A DNA stretch of 64,000 nt from Cenarchaeum sp. (GCA_965242695.1 CBDESU010000001.1:1120001-1184000); one strand, 5' to 3'. Numbered from the stretch's first letter, positions 9,218 through 19,442 are shown. The notes: a model not told the origin generated them from the sequence alone. A program made the numbers and translations.

Positions 9218-10510
9218 GTGGACGACAGGGCATACGAGGCCGCGAAGGCGGCGATATCAGAAAAGGACAACGCGTACTTTGCGGCGCACGGGCTGGCCGA
9301 TATCCTGGGCGAAGCGGGGGCCGAGTCCGGCAGAGGCGCGATCCTCGCACTGGTGCGGCGCCTGGCCGCGGACGACTCGCGTGCGTTCCTGTTCCCCATC
9401 TCGGCGGGCCTGCGCGAGGCCGTCTCGGACGACGACGAGTTTGCGCGCGTCGCCAGCGGCGTGGCCGCCACGATGAGCCACAAGGTGTGCCTGAGGCCGG
9501 TGGACGAGGCTCTGGTGGGGATGGGCAGGGATCGGCCGGCCGAGGCGGCCGGCGCCGCGGCGCGCCTGGTCGGGCTCGGCGAGGCGTACTTTGCGGCGCA
9601 CATCATCGGCGGGTCATGCGCGGGTGCAGGCCCCGAGTGCGACGTCTTGGTCGAGCGGCTCTTTTCGTCTGGGAAGCCGAGGGATGCGGCAGCCGCCGTG
9701 CGGGCCCTCAGGATAGCGCGGGCCGAGCACGGCTCGCCGGATGCGGGGCGCATCAGGGCCGCCGTCAAGCGCGCGCTGGCCCACGACGATGCAGAGGTGG
9801 AAGAAGAGGCCATGGAGGCCCTCGTGGACATCTACCGCGGCGGCGATGCGGCGGCGGAGGGCATGATCGAGTCGCTGGTCGCCGAGCGACGCCGGTCCCG
9901 CCCCGCCCTGGCGGCCCGCATCTGGACCAACTCGCCGTTTGACGACGAAAAGAGCCTGCGCTACCTTAGGGCCTGCATGGCGCACATGGACGACCGGCTG
10001 GTGATGCACAGCGCGTACTGCGCCCTGGCAAAGATGGCCGGAAGCAGCCCCGGCGACGTAGCCAGGATGCTCGTATGGATGTGCAACAGCGGCTGGTACG
10101 AGAGCGATCCGGCGGGGATGGCCCTGGACGAGCTGGGGAAAAAGGGCGCGCCGGCCGCGGTCGCCGCCATCCTGGAGGCGATGCAGCGGCCGCGCGGCGA
10201 CGGGATTGACAAGCACCTAGTGCCCGCCGTGCTGCGCATCGCGCGGCACGCCGGCCGCGGCAAGGTGGCCGAGACGGTGCTTTGTGCGATCGGCAAGGGG
10301 CCGCCCAGGCCGGGCCCCCTCCTGCGCATCCTGTCCCTGCTCGCGCAGGAGGACTGGCGGGACGGGGGAGACGCCGAGCTTGTCGAGCGGATAATGTCGC
10401 GCCTGTGCACGCGCCCGGCCGAGGCGGCCGCGGCGGGCGCGGAGGCCGGCGGCGGGCGCGTGCCCGAGCGCGTGCCCGAGCGCGCCGAGGCTCCGGCCAT
10501 CCCCGCCTAG
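9218..10510 (+). CDS. Alpha-solenoid protein, copy 2
   Basis: 430-aa paralog of 6837-8135, coupled to peptidase copy 2. Confidence 0.8.
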   Translation: MDDRAYEAAKAAISEKDNAYFAAHGLADILGEAGAESGRGAILALVRRLAADDSRAFLFPISAGLREAVSDDDEFARVASGVAATMSHKVCLRPVDEALVGMGRDRPAEAAGAAARLVGLGEAYFAAHIIGGSCAGAGPECDVLVERLFSSGKPRDAAAAVRALRIARAEHGSPDAGRIRAAVKRALAHDDAEVEEEAMEALVDIYRGGDAAAEGMIESLVAERRRSRPALAARIWTNSPFDDEKSLRYLRACMAHMDDRLVMHSAYCALAKMAGSSPGDVARMLVWMCNSGWYESDPAGMALDELGKKGAPAAVAAILEAMQRPRGDGIDKHLVPAVLRIARHAGRGKVAETVLCAIGKGPPRPGPLLRILSLLAQEDWRDGGDAELVERIMSRLCTRPAEAAAAGAEAGGGRVPERVPERAEAPAIPA

Positions 10511-10705
10511 CCCGCCCCGTTTCAATCGAATCCCTGCGGCAGGCGGGCGTCATTCGGATCGCACCCGCCCGGCCGGAACGCCGAGGGCGCGCGGGCGATC
10601 ATCCCGGCCGCCAGACTTTCCCATCCCGCCGCGCCGGGATCCACGCAAGGCGCTTTTTGGATCCCGCCCCGCGTCGGGCGGGCCGCAAGCAACATATCCG
10701 GCAGC

Positions 10706-10993
10706 ATGCGCCGCGCGGCGTTGCAGGATGTGGCAGGAACGATGGCTGGCGGCCGGCGCGGCTGCTCGGCCCCGACCTGCGGAAAGGCCACCGGTTGCTC
10801 CAAGCCCGCCGCGAGCCGCGGCGCCCGCGGCCACGGGGAGCCGGCAAGAGGCGCAGGGCGGCCGACGGTCTGCGCCCGGCCTGCAGGGATCGCGATGCAG
10901 CTTCGGCGGCGCACGGACAGGATCGGATCGATCCGCGTCCAGTTTGAGCCGTCCGGCACGGGGCCCCTCTTCAGCCCGAACGGAGGGACCTAG
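10706..10993 (+). pseudogene. Internally deleted peptidase remnant fused to the upstream leader ORF
   Basis: Only the last ~32 codons (MQLRRRTDRIGSIRVQFEPSGTGPLF) of the peptidase remain. Confidence 0.65.
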
Positions 10994-10994
10994 C

Positions 10995-12293
10995 ATGGAC
11001 GACAGGGCCTACGAGTCCGCAAAGGCGGCGATATCAGAAAAGGACAACGCGTACTTTGCGGCGCACGGGCTGGCAGATATCCTGGGCGAGGCGGGGGCCG
11101 AGAATGGCTCCGACTCGATCCTCGCACTGGTGCAGCGCCTGGCCGCGGACGACTCGCGCGCGTTCCTGTTCCCCATCTCGGCGGGCCTGCGCGAGGCCGT
11201 CTCGGACGACGACGAGTTTGCGCGCGTCGCCGGCGGCGTGGCCGCCACGATGAGCCACAAGGTGTACCTGAGGCCGGTGGACGAGGCACTGGTGGGGATG
11301 GGCACGGATCGGCCAGTCGAGGCGGCCGGCGCCGCGGCGCGCCTGGTCGGGCTCGGCGAGGCGTACTTTGCGGCGCACATCATCGGCGGGGCGTATGGGG
11401 GCGCAGGCCCCGAGTGCGACGGCCTGGTCGAGCGGCTATTCTCGTCGGGGAAGCCGAGGGATGCGGCAGCCGCCGTGCGGGCCCTCAGGGTGGCATGGGC
11501 CGAGCATGGCTCGCCGGATGCTAGGCGCATCAGGGCCGCCGTCAAACGCGCGCTGGCCCACGACGATGCAGATGTGGAAGAGGAGGCCATGGGGGCCCTC
11601 GTCGATCTCTGCCGCGGAGTCGATGCCGCCGCCGCGGAGGGCATGATCGAGTCGCTGGTCGCCGAGCGACGCCGGTCCCGCCCCGCCCTGGCAGCCCGCA
11701 TCTGGTGCGACTCGCCGTTTGACGACGAAAAGAGCCTGCGCTACCTAGGTGCCTGCATGGAGTGCTGGAGCGACCGGTACGTGCTGCACAGCGCGTACGG
11801 AGCCCTGACAAGGATGGCCGAAAGGAGCCCCGGCGGCGTCGCCAAGCTGCTCGCATGGATGTTCAACAGCGGCTGGTATGAGAGCGCGATGGCGGGGGCG
11901 GTTCTTGACAAGCTGGGTAAGGGGGGAGATCCGGACGCTGTCGCCGCCATCCTAGAGGCGCGGGATCACTCGCGCGGCGACAAATTCGGCGAGCGCCTAG
12001 AGTCGGCCGTGGTGCGCATCGCGCGGAATGCCGGCCGCGGCAAGGTGGCCGGAATGGTGATCCGTGCGATCGACGGGCGGCCTGCCAGGCGTGGCCCATG
12101 CCTGCGAATCCTGTCCCTGCTCGCGCATGAGGACTGGCGGGACGGGGGCGGCCCCGAGCTGCTCGAGTGGATAATGTCGCGCCTGTGCACGCGCCCGGCG
12201 GAGGCTGGCGGCAAGGGTGGCGCCGAGGCGGGCGGCGAGAGCGTGCCCGAGCGCGCGCCCGAGCGCGCCGAGGCGCCGACCATCCCCGCCTAG
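10995..12293 (+). CDS. Alpha-solenoid protein, copy 3
   Basis: ATG GAC GAC AGG at 10995; 432-aa paralog. Confidence 0.8.
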   Translation: MDDRAYESAKAAISEKDNAYFAAHGLADILGEAGAENGSDSILALVQRLAADDSRAFLFPISAGLREAVSDDDEFARVAGGVAATMSHKVYLRPVDEALVGMGTDRPVEAAGAAARLVGLGEAYFAAHIIGGAYGGAGPECDGLVERLFSSGKPRDAAAAVRALRVAWAEHGSPDARRIRAAVKRALAHDDADVEEEAMGALVDLCRGVDAAAAEGMIESLVAERRRSRPALAARIWCDSPFDDEKSLRYLGACMECWSDRYVLHSAYGALTRMAERSPGGVAKLLAWMFNSGWYESAMAGAVLDKLGKGGDPDAVAAILEARDHSRGDKFGERLESAVVRIARNAGRGKVAGMVIRAIDGRPARRGPCLRILSLLAHEDWRDGGGPELLEWIMSRLCTRPAEAGGKGGAEAGGESVPERAPERAEAPTIPA

Positions 12294-12635
12294 CCCCCCG
12301 CTTCGGTCGTGGCCTTGCGGCAGGCGGGCGGCATTCGGATCGCCCCCGTCCGGCAGAACGCCGAGGCGCGCGAGCGATCATCCCGGCCGCCCAGACTTCA
12401 CCTCCCCGAGGGCGTCGGCCGCCCGCACAAGGCGGCTTTTGGGATCCTGCACCCCGCCGGGCCGCCCGCAAGCAACATATCCGGCGGCATGCGCCGCGCG
12501 GCGTTGCAGGATGTGACAGGAACGAAGGCCGGCGGCAGGCGCGGCCGTCCAGCCCCGACCCGCGGAAATGCTGCCGGCTGCCCCAAGCCGGCCGCGCGCC
12601 GCGGCGCCCGCCCCGCCCCACGGAGGCAGGTTCTG

Positions 12636-13310
12636 TTGACGCTCCTAGCGACGAGTCGCGGCAGGGACTGCATCCTGGCGCTCTCTGACCGCATGGAGAG
12701 CGTCGACCAATCCGATCCCAACGAAGTGACAAAGTTCTGCCTGAGCTATGAGGGAGGATTCTACATTGCCCTTTCGGGCGACGGCAAGTCTGCAAGGTAC
12801 CTGCTAAACAAGCTGAGGCCACTCCAGCCATCTGGAGACGGCATCTTCAGGGAGATCGACAGGGTAGTTGCTGGAATGTCAGAGATGTTCCAATGGGGCC
12901 ATGTGGCCGGGCACCTGATCGTGCCCGACGGCAGCGAGTTCAAAGTGTACAGCATCTCCGTCGCATCGGGCATCTTTGCGTACTACCAGCTCGCCGATCC
13001 CACGCATGCGGAAGGCGACGCAAGGGCGGTGGCCATCTACAAGCGCCTTGCGCGGGACATACCCATGTCGGACATGCCCTGCGAGACAGCCGCTAGGTGC
13101 CTGCACACCATGGCCAGTTACATAGCCGAGACTGTCGACACTGTAGGGCGCAGCGGCAAGTACGGGTTCGACATGGCCGTGTTTGCAAGGTCCGGAACCA
13201 TGACGCAGCTTCGGCGGCGCACGGATACAATGGGCTCGATCTGCGCCCGATTCGAGGCGTCAGACGCAGGGCCGATCTTCGGCCCAGACGTAGGAGCGGG
13301 AGGGGCCTAG
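12636..13310 (+). CDS. Proteasome-beta-like Ntn peptidase, copy 3 (intact, 224 aa)
   Basis: TTG ACG start with GGAGG upstream. T1/D17/K32/G47 conserved (TLLATSRGRDCILALSDRMES...EVTK...IALSG). Confidence 0.75.
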   Translation: MTLLATSRGRDCILALSDRMESVDQSDPNEVTKFCLSYEGGFYIALSGDGKSARYLLNKLRPLQPSGDGIFREIDRVVAGMSEMFQWGHVAGHLIVPDGSEFKVYSISVASGIFAYYQLADPTHAEGDARAVAIYKRLARDIPMSDMPCETAARCLHTMASYIAETVDTVGRSGKYGFDMAVFARSGTMTQLRRRTDTMGSICARFEASDAGPIFGPDVGAGGA

Positions 13311-13311
13311 C

Positions 13312-14625
13312 ATGGACGACAGGGCCTACGAGTCCGCAAGGGCCGCGATATCTGGAAAAGACGACGCTCACTTTGCGGCGCACGGGCTGGCCAGTCTCCT
13401 AGCAGAGGAGGGGGCAGAGAGCGATTCCGGCGCGATCCTCGCACTGGTGCGGCGCCTGGCCGCGGACGATGCGTATACGTTCCTAGCCCCCATCTCGGCA
13501 GGCCTGCGCGAGGCAGTCTCGGACGACGACGGGTTTGCGCAAGTCGCCAGCGACGTGGCCGCCAAGATGCGCCACGAGGCGTTCCTGGGTCCGCTGGCAA
13601 ACGCGCTGGTGGGGATGGGTATGGATCGGCCGGCCGAGGCGGCCGGCGCCGCGGCGCGCCTGGTTGGGCTCGGCGACTCCGACTTTGCGGCGTTCATAAT
13701 CGGCGGGGCACACGGCGGGGCCAGCACCGAGTGCGACGGCCTGGTCGAGCGGCTATTCTCGTCGGGGAAGCCGAGGGATGCGGCCGCCGCCGTGCGGGCC
13801 CTCAGGATAGCGTGGGCCGAGCACGGCTCGCCGGATGCGGGGCGCATCAGGGCCGCAGTCAAGCGCGCGCTGGCCCACGACGATGCAGAGGTGGAAAGGG
13901 AGGCCATGGAGGCCCTTGTGGCACTCTGCCGCGGAGTCGATGCCGCCTCCGCGGAGGGCATGATCGAGTCGCTGGCGTCCGGGTGCCACCACTCCCGCCC
14001 CGTCCTGGCCGCCCACATCTGGCGAGACTCGCCGTTTGACGACGAAAAGAGCCTGCGCTACCTCAGGGCCTGCATGGGGCACAAGGGTAGCCGGTACGTG
14101 CTCCACAGCGTGTACTGGGCCCTGGTAAAGATGGCCGGGAGGAGGCCCGTCGATGTGGCCAAGATGCTCGTATGGATGTTTGGCAGCGGCTGGCACGACG
14201 GTGCGCTGGCGGGGGCGGTCCTAGACGAGCTGGGCAAAAAGGGCGCGCCGGCCGCGGTCGCCGCCATCCTGGAGGCGATGCAGCGGCCGCGCGGCGACGA
14301 GATTGACGAGCGTATGGTGCCCGCCGTGGTGCGCATCGCGCGGAATGCCGGCCGCGGCGAGGTGGCCGAGACGGTGATCCACGCGATCGACAAGAGGCCT
14401 GCTAGGCCTGGCCCCTTCCTGCGCATCCTGTCCCTGCTTGCGCAGGAGGACTGGCGGGACGGGGGCGGTCCCGAGTTTCTCGAGGGGATGATGTCTCGCC
14501 TGTGCGCGCTCCCGGCCGCCGCGGCTGGCATGGAGGGCGGCGCGGAGGCAGGGGGAGCGTTTGCGCCCGAGCGCGTGCCCGAGCGCGTGCCCGAGCGCGC
14601 CGAGGCGCCGGCCATCCCCGCCTAG
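13312..14625 (+). CDS. Alpha-solenoid protein, copy 4
   Basis: 437-aa paralog with C-terminal PERV repeats. Confidence 0.8.
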   Translation: MDDRAYESARAAISGKDDAHFAAHGLASLLAEEGAESDSGAILALVRRLAADDAYTFLAPISAGLREAVSDDDGFAQVASDVAAKMRHEAFLGPLANALVGMGMDRPAEAAGAAARLVGLGDSDFAAFIIGGAHGGASTECDGLVERLFSSGKPRDAAAAVRALRIAWAEHGSPDAGRIRAAVKRALAHDDAEVEREAMEALVALCRGVDAASAEGMIESLASGCHHSRPVLAAHIWRDSPFDDEKSLRYLRACMGHKGSRYVLHSVYWALVKMAGRRPVDVAKMLVWMFGSGWHDGALAGAVLDELGKKGAPAAVAAILEAMQRPRGDEIDERMVPAVVRIARNAGRGEVAETVIHAIDKRPARPGPFLRILSLLAQEDWRDGGGPEFLEGMMSRLCALPAAAAGMEGGAEAGGAFAPERVPERVPERAEAPAIPA

Positions 14626-14755
14626 CCCCCCCCCCCCCGCTTCGATCGAAGTCTTGCGGCAGGCGGACGGCATTCGAATCGCCGTGCCCGGCGGAGTTCC
14701 AAGGGCGCGCGAGCGATCATCCCGGCCGCCCAGACTTCACCTCCCCGAGGGCGTC

Positions 14756-14850
14756 GGCCGCCCGCACAAGGCGGCTTTTGGGATCCCGCACCTCGCCGGG
14801 CCGCCCGCACAAGGCGGCTTTTGGGATCCCGCACCTCGCCGGGCCGCCCG
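14756..14850. repeat. 43-bp tandem duplication in the upstream segment of unit 5
   Basis: CCCGCACAAGGCGGCTTTTGGGATCCCGCACCTCGCCG begins at both 14761 and 14804. Confidence 0.85.
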
Positions 14851-14870
14851 CGAGCAACATATCCGGCAGC

Positions 14871-15158
14871 ATGCGCCGCGCGGCGTTGCATGGTGTGGCA
14901 AGAACGAAAGCGGGCGCCCGGCGCGGCCGTCCGGTTCCGACCCGCGGAAAGGCCACCGGTTGCTCCGAGCCCGTCGCGAGCCGCGGCGCTCGCGTCCACG
15001 GGGCGCCGGCAAGGGGCGCCGGGCGGCCGACGGTCTGCGCCCGGCCTGCTGGGGCCGCGATGCAGCTTCGGCGGAGCACGGACAGGACGGGATCGATCCG
15101 CGTCCAGTTTGAGTCATCCGGTACCGGGCCGCTATTCGGCCCGAGCGGAGTGATCTAG
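14871..15158 (+). pseudogene. Second internally deleted peptidase remnant
   Basis: Same junction as 10706-10993 (...CARPAG-x-AMQLRR...). Confidence 0.65.
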
Positions 15159-15159
15159 C

Positions 15160-16445
15160 ATGGACGACAGGGCCTACGAGGCCGCAAAGGCGGCGATATC
15201 AGAAAAGGACGACGCGTACTTTGTGGCACATGGGCTGGCCGGCATCCTAGGCGAGGCGGAGGCCGAGTCCGGCCGCGGCGCGATCCTCGCACTGGTGCGG
15301 CGCCTGGCCGCGGACGACTCGCGCGCGTTCCTGTTCCCCATCTCGGCGGGCCTGCGCGAGGCCGTCTCGGACGACGACGGGTTTGCGCGCGTCGCTAGCG
15401 GCGTGGCCGCCATGATGCGCCACAGGGTGTACCTGAGGCCGGTGGACGAGGCGCTGGTCGGGATGGGAAAGGACAGCCCGGCGACGGCGGCCGGCGCCGC
15501 GGCCGCCTGGTCGGGCTCGGCGACTCGGACTTTGCGGCGTTCATGATCGGCGGGGCGTACGGGGGCGCGGGCCCCGAGTGCGACGGCCTGGTCGAGCGGC
15601 TATTCTCGTCGGGGAAGCCGAGGGATGCGGCCGCCGCCGTGCGGGCCCTCATGATAGCGCGGGCCGAGCACGGCTCGCCGGATGCGGGGCGAATCATGGC
15701 CGCCGTCAAACGCGCGCTGGCCCACGACGATGCAGAGGTGGAAAGGGAGGCCATGGAGGCCCTCGCAGGCCTCTACCGCGGAGGCGATGCCGCCGCGGAG
15801 GGCATGATCGAGTCGCTGGTCGCCGGGCGCCGCCATTCCCGCCCCGCCCTGGCGGCCCACATCTTTGGCGACTCGCCGTTTGACGACGAAAAGAGCCTGC
15901 GCTACCTCAGGGCCTGCAGGGGGTACAAGAGCAGCCGGCTCGTCCTCCACAGCTCGTACTGCGCCCTGGCAAAGATGGCCGGAAGGGTGCCCGGCGACGT
16001 GGCCAGGATGCTCGTATGGATGTTCAACAGCGGCTGGCACGACGGTGCCTGGGCGGGGCTGGTCCTGGACGAGCTGGGCAAAAAGGGCGCGCCGGCCGCG
16101 GTCGCAGCCATCCTGGAAGTGCTGCAGCGGCCGCACGACCGCAGGGTCGGCCGCCTCCTCGAGCCCGCCGTGGCGCGCATTGCGTGGAACGCCGGCCGCG
16201 GCGAGGCGGCTGGGATGGTGCTGCGCGCGATCGACGGGCGGCCGGACGGCCGGGGACCGTGCCTGCGCATCCTCTCCCTGCTCGCGCATGAGGACTGGCG
16301 GGACGGCGGTGGTTCCGACCTTCTCGAGCGGATAATGTCGCGCCTGTGCGCGCGCCCTGTGGCCGCGGCGGGCGCCGAGGCCGGCGGCGGGCGGGGGCCC
16401 GAGCGTGTTCCCGAGCGCATCAAAGCGCCGCCGCTGCCCGCATAG
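15160..16445 (+). pseudogene. Alpha-solenoid protein, copy 5 (frameshift near 15503)
   Basis: GCGGCCGCCTGG here versus GCGGCGCGCCTGG in paralogs; split into ORFs 15160-15546 and 15543-16445. Confidence 0.75.
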
Positions 16446-16728
16446 CCGTACCATTCCGATCGAGGCCGTTCTGCGGGCGGACGGGCGGCATTTGGATCGC
16501 CCGGCGCGGGCCGCGCTCTGCCGCTCCCCCTGCCGCGCCGAGCCGCCCCGCTCCCGCGCGGCATGCGCCGCCGCGCCCCGCATGCAGACTGCGGGATCGC
16601 AGGCCGCGCTGCCCGCGCCCGCGCGGCTCGCCCGGTCCCCAAAGATGCCCCCATGGCCGCATGGCCGCCTGGGATTGAACGGCGCCCTGTCCGCAGTAGC
16701 TTATAATGCCCTCCCCGCACCCAGCCTC

Positions 16729-17814
16729 GTGGCAGGACAAGAGTACGAGGAGCTGCTGTACGAGAGGGGTGGGAGGCTGCAGGGCCTTGCCAGGGCGGCC
16801 GACGCGGCGGCCTCTGCGGGCGGCGCGACGATCAGCGTGGCGGTGATCCACTCGCGCAGGTATCCGGCTAGGGAGATATGCGAGTGGGCCCCGGATGGCA
16901 ACATGCGCCCCGGCGTGTCCCTCAGGAACGGCAAGGCTGTGCTGACGCTCAACGGAAGGGGCCGGCGGCCCGTCCGCGTCGCGATCGTGAGGAGCGGCGG
17001 GCAGCCCGACGTGTACTATGCTCTGAGCGACTGCCCTCCCGCAGACTTCAAGGCGCGGTTCGTCTCGCTGCTCGACGACCATATCCCGACGATTTCGAGG
17101 GCGCACCTCTCGAACGCAGAGATGCGCAGCATCGTGGGGGCAGCCGCAGGGGGCCGCAACGTCCGGGTCGGGCTCGTGTCGACCCGCACCCGGCGCTCCG
17201 ATCCCGAAAAGTGCGACTTGCGCACGGATCGCGTCGACATGACGGCCGGGGAGTTCGCAGGCGCGGGCGACGAGGAGGGCAGCGAGATCACGGCCGTGGA
17301 GCTGGCCTGCGGGCCGGCCAATGGGGCCGGCGGCGGCGGCGCGGCCGGATCCCCCGGGATGCTGACAGTGACCAGGGACTGCCGCTTTGAGGCAAGGCGC
17401 GGGACGGGCGTCCTGTTCGGCGCCGCGCTCCCGCGTGCCGCAGACCTTGCTGCCGGCAGGGCGGAAAAGCTGCGGGCGATCTCTAGGACGGCGGGCCGGC
17501 GCACTCCCGACTCGCTGATTGTGAGGTTCAAGGGGCGCGTGTTTGCCGACGACAGCAAGAACCGCGCCCGCATCGACGCGATCGGATCCATGCCGCTCAC
17601 CGCACTCATGGACAACAGCGGCGATCTGTTCCTGCACATCGCGTTGCTAGACTACGGCGACTGCTCGACGTACGACGTCATGGCGCTTGCCAGCGACGAG
17701 CTCGTGATCATACCCAGGTTCTCTGCAACCGGCGCGTCCATGTCGAGGCTGCTCAACCACGTAATGGAAAAGTTCGGCGACGCTGCGATCGAAATGCACG
17801 ACGGTGGATCGTAG
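16729..17814 (+). CDS. Hypothetical protein (gene C), first gene of a duplicated two-gene operon
   Basis: GTG ~25 nt after TTATAA (16701-16706); 361 aa; near-identical copy at 19443. Confidence 0.8.
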   Translation: MAGQEYEELLYERGGRLQGLARAADAAASAGGATISVAVIHSRRYPAREICEWAPDGNMRPGVSLRNGKAVLTLNGRGRRPVRVAIVRSGGQPDVYYALSDCPPADFKARFVSLLDDHIPTISRAHLSNAEMRSIVGAAAGGRNVRVGLVSTRTRRSDPEKCDLRTDRVDMTAGEFAGAGDEEGSEITAVELACGPANGAGGGGAAGSPGMLTVTRDCRFEARRGTGVLFGAALPRAADLAAGRAEKLRAISRTAGRRTPDSLIVRFKGRVFADDSKNRARIDAIGSMPLTALMDNSGDLFLHIALLDYGDCSTYDVMALASDELVIIPRFSATGASMSRLLNHVMEKFGDAAIEMHDGGS

Positions 17815-18790
17815 TGGCCGGCATCGATGCGGCGGGCGCCGAAATAGGCGCGTACAAATTCACTGTCAAGGCAATACTCTGCATCGAGAGGGCCTTTGGG
17901 GATCTCGCCGGCGCGAGGCTCCGCCAAGGCCCCAGGATGCGCATGCCGGACGGCTCGGTCGTCACCCCCGACATGACCCTCGAGGCGCGGGGCGGGCCCG
18001 GCGGCGCAGGCTACCGCGCAGTCGGCGAGGTCAAGTCGTCGTTCCCGCGGCACGCGGCGGCCGTCGATCGGATGGCCGGGCAGGTGCGGCGCTACGACGG
18101 CGAGCTTGCAGGGTGGGAGTACGAGGCGGCGGGCGGCGGCGGGCGGCCTAGCGACCACGACATTCTAATCTGCGTCAGGGCCAGGCATGCGCCCGACTTT
18201 GCCGCCGGACTCCCCGCAGCCCTCGGGAAGGGGGAGCGGAAATCAAAAGCCCGCTCTCGATCATAGGGATCGAGCGCAGCAGGGCCAACGGCAACGGCAA
18301 GGAGCTGCTCCTGAAGAGACATTCAGGGGCAATATCGCACAAGAGGGCGCACGATGCGCTCGGAAGTGGCTGGTCGATCGACGCGCGCGCCCTGGCCGAC
18401 GAACTCGGCGGCACAAAGTTCTACGACTCGAGGCCGCCCCTGCCGTACATCATGTCCGTGCTGTGGATATACGTGATCCCAAGGCTGGCGCACGGCAAAA
18501 AGCTCAAAAAGATCCGCGCGAATTCGGAAGTCCAGATCGATGTCGATGTCGACAGGATACACCGCCTGGCATCAAAGCTTGCGCACCCGTCAAACCCGGG
18601 GTGCGTCAAGAGGGCGTGGATAGTAGACGCGATGGAGGGGCTTGTCAGTGCAGGCCTGGCGAAAAGGACGGGCCCCGACAGGTACCGCATTCGCTATTCG
18701 GCGCTCGAGCCGCGGGCGGCAGGGTGGCTCGCAGCGGCATCGGCGGCCGCCGGGGGCGGCCCAGGCGGCCCCGAAGAGGACCTGGAATAG
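17814..18790 (+). pseudogene. PD-(D/E)xK nuclease-like protein with probable C-terminal winged helix (gene D), frameshifted at a G5 tract (18230-18234)
   Basis: Motif VTPDMTLE...AVGEVKSS. GAAG5A here versus GAAG6A in copy 2. Start overlaps the stop of gene C. Confidence 0.7.
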
Positions 18791-19442
18791 CGCATCGGCG
18801 GCTGCGCGCGGCGGTGCGCCCCGTTCCGGCTGCGCCCAGGCCCCAGAACTTTGATGTGCAGGCCCGCGGGCTGCGCCACAATGACCCGCACGGCTGGCCG
18901 CGCGGGCGCGGCGCGCGGCCTCTTCGGGCGTGCCGGACAAGGCCCGAGGGGGCGGATCGCAGGGGCGGCTGCGCGGCCCCTTCCCCCTCCCTAGCCAAGC
19001 CGCAGGGCCGTGCAGGGGACGCGGCGGCGCCCGGTCAGGCGTCAAGCCCTCGCCGCGGCGCCCCCGAGCGGGTGCAAAAACTGCAGGCCGCTTCCGCTCG
19101 ATCTCGGCGGTTTTTTTTTTTGCGGTCCCGACGCCCCGCCGGCCGCGCGAAAGGGATGCTCCGGTTCGGCATGGCCGGCGAGCGGCCCAGCGGGGGCGGC
19201 CCGGGAGCGGAAGCCGGATGCACTCCTAATGCCCGCGTGTTTTGCGCCAGGTCGATCCCGGGTCAGGGCGCCGCAGCCTCCCCCGTCTTCGCCCTGCGCG
19301 GCCGCGCCGCGATCGGCCGCTCCCTGCGCGGCCGCGCGGCTCGCCCGGTCCCCAAAGATGCCCCCATGGCCGCATGGCCGCCTAGGATTGAACGGCGCCC
19401 TGTCCGCGAGTAGTTTATAATGCCCTCCCCGCACCCAGCCTC

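Larger units (their letters stand above)
5840..16500 (+). repeat. Five-unit tandem array (units start at ~5840, 8220, 10598, 12376, 14716): conserved upstream segment + peptidase gene (or remnant) + alpha-solenoid gene
   Basis: Recurrent sequences GCAACATATCCGGC.GCATGCGCCGCGCGGCGTTGCA and (A/G)TGGACGACAGGGC at 1.8-2.4-kb spacing. Confidence 0.95.

Noticed and set aside
18790-19400. GC-rich intergenic stretches (also 24600-25040, 51620-52220, 60640-61470) as ncRNA or tRNA genes
   Set aside because: No tRNA or rRNA signatures; hairpins are expected by chance at this GC content.
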